64,000 nucleotides of DNA, taken from positions 11,602-75,601 of the forward strand of contig JBAYIR010000002.1 of the NCBI GenBank assembly GCA_041665505.1, in the 5' to 3' direction. A model generated the notes under the pieces. It was not told where the DNA came from. It saw nothing but the letters and a program-made list of their open reading frames with translations, and did not search any database. Of the stretch, positions 7,546 to 16,655 are shown piece after piece. Source of the DNA: Patescibacteria group bacterium (GTDB lineage: Bacteria; Patescibacteriota; Patescibacteriia; UBA1558; GWA2-36-10). The position numbers were made by a program, and so were the translations under genes. Numbering within the stretch: position 1 is the stretch's first letter; each line of letters starts with the position of its first letter.

Positions 7546-9477
7546 TTATTTATTTTGTAAGGAATCTATAAACAAACCCGGCAAAACTTTTTTTATTCTG
7601 CTTGCAAATTCTCTAGCATCTTTCAAAAATAAATCAAATTTAGGATTAGCTTTGATATTTTCATATATCATTACCTGTAATTCATCATTATAAGAAATAA
7701 AATCATGACAATGATAATCATCCATCTGGAGACCATCAAGATAAGCTTTTAATACTTCAGCAAATTTGAAATATGGATTTGCTTGAAAAATTTTCCATAA
7801 AGTCTCAATTTCACTCATGTCAGCTTTACTACCTAAATCTTTATATCTTTCCCCTATTATATCTAAAAGTGCTGGAGGTATTTCAGGTACAGTGTCTTCT
7901 TTACTAAGCATATGCACAATTCGCGTACTAAAAAATAAATTTTCTTCATCGCTAATTTTTTTATGCTTTGCTTCTACTCCAATCTGTAAACCCATTCTTG
8001 CCAACTCATCATCATTAAAATTATTTAAATCAAGTACCTGCCCAAATTTTTCTCTGGCAGCTGAAATATAATATGTTCGTTGACCTGGGTGTAATGAATC
8101 AACAGAAGCAGCCTCTAGCTTACTTTGACTTAATCTCTCCATTTTTAATAAATAATAAGATAAAACGTGTTTTATTTGTTCTCCTCTATTTGGAGCATCT
8201 GGCGGTATATCAAAAGCTATCTTATTTATAATGGGTTCCATACGTGTCAGAGTATAATCCAAACCTTCAATATTACCTGTATCAAGATCTCTTTTTGCCC
8301 AAGTCGTATCAACAATTGTAGCATTTGCCTTAGTCTCTGAAATACTAACAAAAGTATTCCAAGCATGACCTGGTGTAGCACTTTTCAGTACATCTCTATC
8401 CTCACGCCTCGGTTCATGTGTCTTGGTAGCAGTGTCATATAAACAATAAGTATCTCGTAATCTATTATATTTTGTTTGTTTGGCCTTCAAAGCCTCAAAT
8501 ACAGCTTTGGTCATACTAGCAAAATTTCTACAGACTCCATTTCCTTCCCATGCTTGATTACCTCTATTCAACAATCCTTCTTCTAATAAAGTTAAAGCAC
8601 TACTTTGATCTGCTTTAGTTTCTCTCTTAGGATCTAAATGCTGGGTGCCAGTTGTTTCAATGACATCACTATGTTTATATTTTGTAAATTCAACTACTAT
8701 TCTAGTTGCTAACTCAGCTGCCTGCCTAGGGCTAAGTGAATCCAAATGTTTAATCCCTAGTTCCTCTGCAATTTTCTGACCTTCTCTTTCTAGATATGAA
8801 GAAACAAAAGCAAAAATTTTATCTTCCCAACCATCTTCAATAATAGTTTTTTGATAAGTAGCTGCCCCCAAACTCTCTCCAGCTATTTTATCTCTCTTAA
8901 GTATATATTTTTGTATAGCTGGCGGTATTTCTCTAGCCTCTTTAGCTGGTGCTACATTTGGCCTAAAATTATCAAAATCTGAAAAAGCGATTTGTTCGGA
9001 ATCGCTAACCTGCAATTCTACAATAGGATCCTTTGTCAGGCTAGAATCATCTTCTAACATCCTCAAATAAAATTCTTTAGCCTGCTCCCAAGAAGGAAAA
9101 ACCTTTTTGGAAGTTCCTACATAATGTCCTGTTCCTAAATCTTTTAAACCAGGAAAAGTTACTACAAATTGACCACCTTCTTCATCTGCATCGATTCTAT
9201 AAAAATGTTTTGTATAACTCTTTTCTAGGGAAATTCTTTCATATCTCTCCTGCCAATCTTTTCTTGATGCTTCTATAGCCGTTTCTGCCTCCTCTCTGGT
9301 CTCAAATTGTAATAATGAAGTACCAACTATATGGCCTGTTTTAAGATCGTAAAATCCTGGCATAGCAACATCAAAACTACCATCGTTATTAGCTTCAATG
9401 TCATAAAGATGTGAAGATTTTTTTGGTCGTTTTGTCTGTTCTCCACTATCTATATTTTCTTGTACTTCGGCGCTCAT
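7546..9477 (-). CDS. Transglutaminase-like (papain-fold) domain protein with duplicated N-terminal module
   Basis: GVCRNFA...GHAWN...IVDTTW gives a Cys-His-Asp triad pattern. Confidence 0.6.
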   Translation of the reverse strand: MSAEVQENIDSGEQTKRPKKSSHLYDIEANNDGSFDVAMPGFYDLKTGHIVGTSLLQFETREEAETAIEASRKDWQERYERISLEKSYTKHFYRIDADEEGGQFVVTFPGLKDLGTGHYVGTSKKVFPSWEQAKEFYLRMLEDDSSLTKDPIVELQVSDSEQIAFSDFDNFRPNVAPAKEAREIPPAIQKYILKRDKIAGESLGAATYQKTIIEDGWEDKIFAFVSSYLEREGQKIAEELGIKHLDSLSPRQAAELATRIVVEFTKYKHSDVIETTGTQHLDPKRETKADQSSALTLLEEGLLNRGNQAWEGNGVCRNFASMTKAVFEALKAKQTKYNRLRDTYCLYDTATKTHEPRREDRDVLKSATPGHAWNTFVSISETKANATIVDTTWAKRDLDTGNIEGLDYTLTRMEPIINKIAFDIPPDAPNRGEQIKHVLSYYLLKMERLSQSKLEAASVDSLHPGQRTYYISAAREKFGQVLDLNNFNDDELARMGLQIGVEAKHKKISDEENLFFSTRIVHMLSKEDTVPEIPPALLDIIGERYKDLGSKADMSEIETLWKIFQANPYFKFAEVLKAYLDGLQMDDYHCHDFISYNDELQVMIYENIKANPKFDLFLKDAREFASRIKKVLPGLFIDSLQNK

Positions 9478-9629
9478 GATAGATAATTATAAATTAGTTA
9501 GTCAATTTTATTAATAAACTTATAATTCTATTATATCAAAAAACCGCCTAGGAGGCGATTATTTTAATCCTTAACCCCTTACGAGGAGCTAGATTGACAA
9601 ATAATACAATAAAAGGTAATAATAAGCTA

Positions 9630-9826
9630 TTAATCGTACCTTTCTAAGGTTTTAACGAATACTAAGCGTTTTGAAAGTATAAACGCAGTTTCGTAGGAAC
9701 CCCTTCTGATTGGAGGTAAGCCTTGGGACAGAGGCGACTTTACCTCATTGATACTGTGCTCCGTGGTGTGTATCGGAGTATAAATAGGCTGGATAGCAAT
9801 CGAAAGACTACTCTCCAGTCTTTTGC
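9630..9826 (+). ncRNA. Putative structured non-coding RNA, family unknown
   Basis: GC-richer stretch in an AT-rich 420-bp intergenic region. Four consecutive stems have G-U pairs that work on the + strand, the last has a GAAA tetraloop and a U-run. TTGACA lies upstream at 9594. Confidence 0.55.
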
Positions 9827-9898
9827 TTTTTAAGCTAGCTTATTTTAAAACACAATCTATGTTAGTATTATATTATAAAAAATTCCTACAATAAATTT

Positions 9899-11134
9899 AT
9901 GCATATAGCAATAATTGGTGGTGGCGCAGCTGGTATGATGGCAGCGGCTACTATAGCTGAAAACAATCCAAAAGCAAAGATTTCTTTGATTGAGAGAAAT
10001 GACTCACTGGGTAAAAAAGTTATTATCTCTGGTGGTGGCAGATGTAATGTCACAACTGGTATTGAAGATATTAAAATTGTCTTGGAAAAATATCCTCGCG
10101 GTAGTAAATTCTTAAACTCCGCTATGCACCGTTTTCCGCCAGCCCTTGTAAAAAATTGGTTTGAAGAGCACGGTGTGCCTCTAAAGTGTGAAGATGATAT
10201 GCGAGTTTTTCCAGTCTCCAATCAAGGTAAAGATATAGTCAAAGTTTTTGAAAAAATATTAGCTAAGAGTAAAAATCAAATACTATTTAAACACTCTGTC
10301 ACAAAAATTGAAAAAAAAGATAAGCAATTCATTATTCATTTTAAAGAACAAAAAGCTCTAAGTGCCGACAAAGTGATTTTGACTTTAGGCGGACAAGCTT
10401 ATAGACAGACTGGCTCAACTGGTGATGGCTACACTTTAGCTGAAAGTCTTGGACACCATATAAGTAATTTAGCTCCTAGCTTGAGCTCACTGGTCACCAA
10501 AGAGACTTGGCCTAGCGCTGTCTCTGGCTTATCATTTGTAAACAGCCAATTCAAAGCCCAAGGTGAAAAAAAATATGAATTTAGTGGGCCTTTTGTTTTT
10601 ACCCATTGGGGTATCAGTGGCCCAGCAGTTTTTGCTCTATCATCTCTGATTGCTTTTGAAAAGTTTAGCGCTGAAAAACCACTAAAAATTTATTTGGATC
10701 TCCTGCCCGATTTATCACTGGATAAAGTCCTTGAAAAAATAAAAAACTTTACTTTATCTGAACCTAAAAAAATATTCAAATACGCTATTCATCAAGCCAT
10801 ACCATTGTCTTTAGCTAGTGTCGCTTTAAAACAATTGGCTATTAGTGAAAAAAAGAAAAATAGCGAAATCAGCAAAGCCGAATTACAAAGAGTGAGCTCT
10901 TGGCTAAAAAATCTACCATTGACTATAGTCAATCGTCGAGCTGGAGACGAATTTGTCACCGCCGGTGGTGTATCTTTGACTGAGGTTAATCCTAGCACTA
11001 TGCAATCAAAAGTTTGCCCAAATCTATATTTTGCTGGGGAGATACTAGATATTGATGGCTATACTGGTGGTTTTAATTTACAAGCAGCCTGGGCTACTGG
11101 TCGCTTGGCTGGCATGGCTAGTAGTGTAAAGTAG
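9899..11134 (+). CDS. HI0933/BaiN (YhiN/RdsA-like) FAD-dependent oxidoreductase, copy 1
   Basis: IIGGGAAG, SGGGRCNVT, GSTGDGY, VTAGGV, GEILDIDGYTGGFNLQAAW. Confidence 0.9.
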   Translation: MHIAIIGGGAAGMMAAATIAENNPKAKISLIERNDSLGKKVIISGGGRCNVTTGIEDIKIVLEKYPRGSKFLNSAMHRFPPALVKNWFEEHGVPLKCEDDMRVFPVSNQGKDIVKVFEKILAKSKNQILFKHSVTKIEKKDKQFIIHFKEQKALSADKVILTLGGQAYRQTGSTGDGYTLAESLGHHISNLAPSLSSLVTKETWPSAVSGLSFVNSQFKAQGEKKYEFSGPFVFTHWGISGPAVFALSSLIAFEKFSAEKPLKIYLDLLPDLSLDKVLEKIKNFTLSEPKKIFKYAIHQAIPLSLASVALKQLAISEKKKNSEISKAELQRVSSWLKNLPLTIVNRRAGDEFVTAGGVSLTEVNPSTMQSKVCPNLYFAGEILDIDGYTGGFNLQAAWATGRLAGMASSVK

Positions 11135-11157
11135 GATAAAAAAAATTATTTTAATTT

Positions 11158-11186
11158 AAAAACCGGTCTTAGTAGATCGGTTTTTT
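11158..11186. terminator. Bidirectional terminator (near-copy of 5888)
   Basis: AAAAACCGGTC-TTAGTA-GATCGGTTTTTT. Confidence 0.75.
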
Positions 11187-11189
11187 GTT

Positions 11190-11684
11190 TTATAGCTTAG
11201 TTATAATCTCTAATCTTATTACACTTTCCAAATCCTCTTCTCCGTGTTTTATATGGACAATACTTAAGTTAGATTTTTTTATTATCTCATTTACAAAATT
11301 ATCTCTTTTTATTCTGCCGGCTTTTTGATGCGTCCATCCATCATATTCTATAGCTAGTACTGGCTCTAAATATTGTTTTTTAAAAATTACAAAATCTATT
11401 GTTTTTCTATTAATCTTATTTTGATAATACCAAAATCTATTCTTATCCCTAACATTCAAAATACTACTAATCACTATCTGCGGATAACAGACATATTCTG
11501 GGGGTAATAAAGTTTGTAAAATTTCAAAAAAATGCCTTTCTGGAATATTTAAAAGATATTCTTTTTTAAAATAATTATTATCGTCTTCTTTGTTAGCTTC
11601 TTCAAATTTTTCTTTTGTGCTAGCGGCTTTAATAGCTACTCCTATTATCCAAATTACTAACAATAATAAAATGATTTTTGTCAT
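11190..11684 (-). CDS. DUF2726 family (PD-(D/E)xK-like) protein with N-terminal TM
   Basis: LLNIPERHFF, YPQI, IDFVI, AIEYDGWTH and RDNFVN motifs. Confidence 0.75.
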   Translation of the reverse strand: MTKIILLLLVIWIIGVAIKAASTKEKFEEANKEDDNNYFKKEYLLNIPERHFFEILQTLLPPEYVCYPQIVISSILNVRDKNRFWYYQNKINRKTIDFVIFKKQYLEPVLAIEYDGWTHQKAGRIKRDNFVNEIIKKSNLSIVHIKHGEEDLESVIRLEIITKL

Positions 11685-11790
11685 ACTTTTTTATTATGTC
11701 TCATTTTTTAATGATCTATAGGCCAACTTCTTCTCTACTATTTTTTAATCTATTTTTACTTATAACGACATAATAAAAAAGTATATAAAA

Positions 11791-12525
11791 CTAGGGTATA
11801 TAATTAATTATCTCCTTATAAAAATATCCATAACTATCCACTTTTCCTCTACCGGCAAGATCTATATAATCTTCTTTTGTTATATTACCAACAATCTTAT
11901 TACAGATATCTCGATCCTTATTATAATTAACGCCTACTGAAGCTAATATCCTTTTAACTTCATTAGCTGGCTTATTACATTGTTTTTCAGCATCAATATT
12001 TTCTAGATCTAAACCAAATTTTGTCTTTATATGATCCACTGTTAATTTTTTATTTATCTTCTCAAAAAAATTATAAAGTCCTAGAAACCAAGACTCTATT
12101 TCCATGACAGCAAAAAATATTTTTACCTTTTTTTTATATTTAAGGGTCGCTATATTATTTTTGTTGGTGAGCAACATTTCTTCTATAGCACTTTTTTTAT
12201 CCATCCTACTAGTTAAAATATTATATTCTTCAGAATACATATCTCTTAAACCTAAGATATTATTGAAACCATTATTTATTAAATTCTCTCCCCTATTTTT
12301 AATAGCAGCAAACACTTTTTTATCACCACCTACATCCATTATTTGAAAAAGAATATCTACTCTGTCATTATCATTATGAGACCATGGTACTGATTTTGAA
12401 ACTCCACTACTAAGAAGTTCTATGCATCTTATCCCTATTTTATCATTAGGCATTACCTTAAGTAAAAGATCTCTAACAAAAATCAATTCCGTTTGCCCCT
12501 CCACAAAAATAGCTATCTTTTTCAT
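11791..12525 (-). CDS. TOPRIM-like protein (DUF4276/RloB/AriB-like)
   Basis: N-terminal IFVEGQTE, GLRD and MEIESWFL. Lies downstream of an ABC ATPase gene. Confidence 0.65.
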   Translation of the reverse strand: MKKIAIFVEGQTELIFVRDLLLKVMPNDKIGIRCIELLSSGVSKSVPWSHNDNDRVDILFQIMDVGGDKKVFAAIKNRGENLINNGFNNILGLRDMYSEEYNILTSRMDKKSAIEEMLLTNKNNIATLKYKKKVKIFFAVMEIESWFLGLYNFFEKINKKLTVDHIKTKFGLDLENIDAEKQCNKPANEVKRILASVGVNYNKDRDICNKIVGNITKEDYIDLAGRGKVDSYGYFYKEIINYIP

Positions 12526-12534
12526 CTATGTGCA

Positions 12535-13629
12535 CTATTTATTTATAAAATTGGAGGTAAATAAATCTAGATTACTTAATCCTGAAGAATAAAACTTATC
12601 AAACTCTTCTTTATTTTTTTTATAATTATATGATTTCGTAATACTACCAACTCTATATATTATGTTCCAATATTTAACTTCAACGCTATTTATCAAAAAA
12701 TAATCATTAGAAGTAAAAATAAAATTAAACTTATATTTATCTACTTTATCAAATAAGAGTTTTAATAATTTAGACGACCTATCATAATCTAACCCCTCTG
12801 AGAGGTTATCAACTAAAAATAATTCCTCGCTAATATTATTTTGTACCATATATTGCACATAAATGATCAAAGCTAAGGCTCTATACATTCCATCGGATAA
12901 ATATTCTTGAGAAATTGGATGTTCTAATCCCTTTTCCTTCACGAATAAAAACTTAAACTCCCTTGGAATTCCTGGCAAAAATTCAGAATACATACTCTCT
13001 AAATCATATCCTAATTTGTTAAAATCTTTCACAACTTCTTTTATGGATTTTGGATTGAGCTCATTCACAATACTTGGAACAATATTTAAACTATCGAGCC
13101 TATTATTCTGTGGTAATATTATAGTTTTAGCACTAGTGTTACCAAAGTCTAAGCCATGTGTGCCTTCTGCCCAATTAATAAGTTCCTCAAGAAACGGATA
13201 CTCTTTCTCATCCCTTCTGACTTGTATTGTAAGTTTATCTACTGGAGGATTTATATCTACTTCATTACCACCAACTATTTTTATCCTAGCCTTATTCTTT
13301 GATCTAATAAGTAATGGCTCTTTATTAATATATAATTCCTCTTTATCTATCTTCCCATCCTTTATATGTAAATTATATTTAAAAATTTTGTCTTTCTCCA
13401 AAATAAATTCTGCAAACCACTCATTATCTTTAATTTTATTATAAGTGAATTCACCTCTAATAATTTTGGCCAGATTATTTATAATATTAATAATTCTAGT
13501 TTTACCACTAGCATTTTTGCCTACTAATAAAATTTTATCCCCTAATTGGAGCTCTTCTAGCTCCCAAACATTTTTCTCTTTTGAAAAATATAAGTTTTCC
13601 TTAAAACTTAATGTTTTTAATTTCATCAT
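12535..13629 (-). CDS. AAA_15/AAA_21-type ABC ATPase (defence-associated type)
   Basis: Walker A GKNASGKT, signature LSDG, degenerate Walker B LVDN and H-loop TSN. Confidence 0.75.
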   Translation of the reverse strand: MMKLKTLSFKENLYFSKEKNVWELEELQLGDKILLVGKNASGKTRIINIINNLAKIIRGEFTYNKIKDNEWFAEFILEKDKIFKYNLHIKDGKIDKEELYINKEPLLIRSKNKARIKIVGGNEVDINPPVDKLTIQVRRDEKEYPFLEELINWAEGTHGLDFGNTSAKTIILPQNNRLDSLNIVPSIVNELNPKSIKEVVKDFNKLGYDLESMYSEFLPGIPREFKFLFVKEKGLEHPISQEYLSDGMYRALALIIYVQYMVQNNISEELFLVDNLSEGLDYDRSSKLLKLLFDKVDKYKFNFIFTSNDYFLINSVEVKYWNIIYRVGSITKSYNYKKNKEEFDKFYSSGLSNLDLFTSNFINK

Positions 13630-13723
13630 ATTATTATATTATAACAAGTATACAAAAATATACAAACTATTTAATATATTAAACAATAATTTTTCTAATA
13701 CGTCAATAAATTAACCTAAATCC

Positions 13724-13752
13724 TTGACATTTCCCCCAAAATATAGTATTAT
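13724..13752 (+). promoter_or_regulatory. Leaderless sigma70 promoter of typA
   Basis: TTGACA-N17-TATTAT with ATG 7 nt after the -10. Confidence 0.7.
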
Positions 13753-13759
13753 CTGCTTT

Positions 13760-15541
13760 ATGCAAATAAGAAATATCGCAATTATCGCTCACGTTGACCA
13801 TGGTAAGACTGCTTTGACTGATGCCATCTTAAAACAAACTGGCATGGTTTCAGATGAAAATGTCACTATGGATTCCAACGCTCTGGAAAAAGAGCGTGGT
13901 ATTACTATTTATTCCAAAAATGCTTCTATATTATACAAAGATACCAAGATAAATATTGTGGATACTCCTGGTCATGCTGACTTTGGAAGTGAAGTAGAGC
14001 GAGTGCTCAGATCAATTGACAGTGTCTTACTAGTTGTAGATGCTCAAGAAGGTCCAATGCCTCAAACTAGATTTGTATTAAAGAAATCTCTAGAGCTAGG
14101 ACTCAAACCAATTGTGATACTCAACAAAATAGACAAGCCAGCCGCCAATCCTCACAAAGCTCATGAAGAAGTTTTTGAATTGTTTATGGATCTGGGAGCG
14201 ACTGATGAACAGTTGGATTTTACCACTGTCTATGCTATTGCCAAAAACGGTGTAGCCAAAAGATATTTGACCGATGAGGACAAAGATATTTTTCCTTTAC
14301 TTGATACCATACTAGAAAAAGTCCCGGCTGCTCAGACAGACGCCTCTGCTCCACTACGTTGTCAGGCTTTCAATCTGGCCTATGACAATTTCCTAGGACG
14401 TATTGCTATTGCTAGAATATATGAAGGCACGCTCAAAGCGGCTGCCAATCTAACAGTCAAAAAAATAGATGGCACTAGTGAGACTGGTCGAGTGACCAAA
14501 CTCTTTACCTTCCAAGGACTAGAAAGAAAAGAAACTGATGAGGCAATAGCTGGAGATATTGTGATGATTGCTGGTTTTCCCAAAATTGATATTGGTGAGA
14601 CACTCTGTCTAAATGCCGAACAAGTTGCTCTCCCAGCTATCACAGTGGACGAGCCTACAATATCTTTGGATTTTTTGGTAAACAATTCTCCTCTAGCTGG
14701 AAGAGAAGGTAAATATGTAACCAGTAAACAAATCAAAGAACGTCTAGAGAAAGAACTAGAAGTAAATGTCGGTATGAAGATTGATTTTACTGGTGAATTT
14801 TTCAAAGTCTATAGTCGCGGTGAACTTCACGCTGCCATACTTATAGAAACTATGCGCCGTGAAGGTTATGAGCTACAAGTATCTCAACCAAAAGTTATTA
14901 TTGAAGAACGTGATGGCAAAAAATTTGAACCATTTGAAGAAGTAACTATTGATGTTCCAGAAGTAAGCTCTGGTATAGTGATGGAAAAGATGGGTAAAAG
15001 AAAAGGTATCATCACTTCTATGAAAACTGAAAACGGCCAAATGCGTTTGGTATTTGAAATGCCAACTAGAGGTCTGCTTGGTTATCGTGGTGAATTTACC
15101 GTCGATACACGAGGTGAAGGAATCCTGTGCTCACACTTTCTAGAATATCGTCCTTATACTGGAGAAATCAAAAAACGAAATGTTGGTTCTATGATTTCTA
15201 TGGCTACTGGTAAAGCATTAGGTTTTTCATTATTCAATCTCCAAGAACGTGGTGATTTATATATCGGACCAAACGTAGAAGTCTACGAAGGCATGGTCAT
15301 TGGTAATACTGCTAAAGGCTATGATATGGTCGTTAATCCTATTAAAGGTAAACAGCTCTCCAATATGCGCTCTTCTGGTGCTGATGAAGCTATTGCTCTG
15401 ACTCCTCCTAATATATTGACTATTGAAACCGGCCTAGAGACTATAGCTGAAGATGAATATTTAGAAGTCACTCCTCATAATGTCAGGCTGAGAAAACAAG
15501 GCTTAACTGAAAATGATAGAAAGAAAAGTACTAGAATATAA
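13760..15541 (+). CDS. typA: Translational GTPase TypA/BipA
   Basis: IRNIAIIAHVDHGKT, DTPGHADFG, NKID, RGELH, MRREGYE and C-terminal EVTPHNVRLRK. The start is ATG 13760; the track's TTG start is the -35 box. Confidence 0.95.
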   Translation: MQIRNIAIIAHVDHGKTALTDAILKQTGMVSDENVTMDSNALEKERGITIYSKNASILYKDTKINIVDTPGHADFGSEVERVLRSIDSVLLVVDAQEGPMPQTRFVLKKSLELGLKPIVILNKIDKPAANPHKAHEEVFELFMDLGATDEQLDFTTVYAIAKNGVAKRYLTDEDKDIFPLLDTILEKVPAAQTDASAPLRCQAFNLAYDNFLGRIAIARIYEGTLKAAANLTVKKIDGTSETGRVTKLFTFQGLERKETDEAIAGDIVMIAGFPKIDIGETLCLNAEQVALPAITVDEPTISLDFLVNNSPLAGREGKYVTSKQIKERLEKELEVNVGMKIDFTGEFFKVYSRGELHAAILIETMRREGYELQVSQPKVIIEERDGKKFEPFEEVTIDVPEVSSGIVMEKMGKRKGIITSMKTENGQMRLVFEMPTRGLLGYRGEFTVDTRGEGILCSHFLEYRPYTGEIKKRNVGSMISMATGKALGFSLFNLQERGDLYIGPNVEVYEGMVIGNTAKGYDMVVNPIKGKQLSNMRSSGADEAIALTPPNILTIETGLETIAEDEYLEVTPHNVRLRKQGLTENDRKKSTRI

Positions 15542-15548
15542 AGATAAA

Positions 15549-15580
15549 AACACCCATTCGACTAGAATGGGTGTTTTTTG
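15549..15580 (+). terminator. Terminator hairpin, copy 1 of a 32-bp direct repeat
   Basis: AACACCCATTCGACTAGAATGGGTGTTTTTTG. Confidence 0.8.
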
Positions 15581-15616
15581 TTTGATTTTCAATTATTTCT
15601 ATGCTATTTTATCCAT

Positions 15617-16642
15617 ATGGATTTGGATAAATATCTACAACAAGAATTAGAAAATTGTGGCCTATATGAGCTGACTGAGGCAGACAATCAAATGCTACAA
15701 GAGCAAGGTCTGTTGGAATTTATATTTTCAAAAGTAAGTAGCAAAAAATTTAGGAAATGGAAAATAAGTGATGAAACAAGTCAACAAATTAAGGAAGCTA
15801 TTAAGATAAATATAACAAATAATACTCCCATTAAATTTACTTTTCCTTTTGGTGGCTACAAACTATGGTCTATGCCTTCTGCTCCAGAGGTAGATTGGGC
15901 AGAATTTTTTATGATTTCCTATTATTGTAAATATCTAGCACCTATTGCTAAGGTCTATCAACCAGGTGTTCATTTTAGATTTTCTAGCGATGATATAATC
16001 ATCTGCCAAATGAATAATGTCCCTACAGAAGATACAGAAAAGTATTTTAAATCTTTTAATATTTTACTAGCCAATTTCAAAAAATTTTTACCCCCTAATC
16101 TACGGCTAGAAATAGTACGTGTAGCTGATATGTATTCTAATGCCGAAGAATACCAAAATGAACTAAATATCAAAATTTTAGAACAAACACAAAAATATAA
16201 TAATTTGAGTGAGGCCGATAAAGAAAGGATGCTCATTATGTCAAAATTAAATATAAAATTTCAGGGTGTGGAAGATTGGACAAAATTATCTAAGCTGGAA
16301 CAAGAAGCAAAAATAAAGCAAGGAGTTATTTTACACAATGCTCATTGTGACGTCAGTAAGCGTAGAAGCTTTGTACGTTCACAAGACAATGTCACAGTTT
16401 TCAGTACACCTATCAACAGAGCCGTGGCTATAGGAACTACTAGATCATCAGTGGCAAAATTTTGGGCTGGTTTCGGTGTCCTACAAAATAAAGATAATAG
16501 CTATAGTAATAAAATCTTATCCCCTACTCAATTAGCCGAAGCTAATAAAGGAGAATATAAAACCTTTGATATATCATTAATTCCTCTAGATAATTTCAAA
16601 AAAATTAGAGTTTACGACCAAACGCTTAATTTTTCTAATTAA
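15617..16642 (+). CDS. Hypothetical protein, distant PvcA/IsnA/DIT1 isocyanide-synthase-like
   Basis: PIKFTFPFGGYK...EVDWAE...IAKVYQPGVHFRFSSD is colinear with the PvcA-family pattern PIxFVLPAFPxK...PDMAE...IxxxYPPGAxIxICSD. Start set to ATG 15617 after TTGATT-N17-TATTTT. Confidence 0.5.
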   Translation: MDLDKYLQQELENCGLYELTEADNQMLQEQGLLEFIFSKVSSKKFRKWKISDETSQQIKEAIKINITNNTPIKFTFPFGGYKLWSMPSAPEVDWAEFFMISYYCKYLAPIAKVYQPGVHFRFSSDDIIICQMNNVPTEDTEKYFKSFNILLANFKKFLPPNLRLEIVRVADMYSNAEEYQNELNIKILEQTQKYNNLSEADKERMLIMSKLNIKFQGVEDWTKLSKLEQEAKIKQGVILHNAHCDVSKRRSFVRSQDNVTVFSTPINRAVAIGTTRSSVAKFWAGFGVLQNKDNSYSNKILSPTQLAEANKGEYKTFDISLIPLDNFKKIRVYDQTLNFSN

Positions 16643-16655
16643 AATATAAACCCCC

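Noticed and set aside
9630-9833. tmRNA, 6S, SRP, RNase P, T-box or a known riboswitch identity for the structured RNA
   Set aside because: There is no tRNA-like domain or CCA end, no single long rod, and no recognisable consensus. The small ORF ending SFAF* only superficially resembles a tmRNA tag. A possible ATACT/AGTAT + GCGTTT/AAACGC pseudoknot has a zero-length loop 3 and is sterically unlikely.
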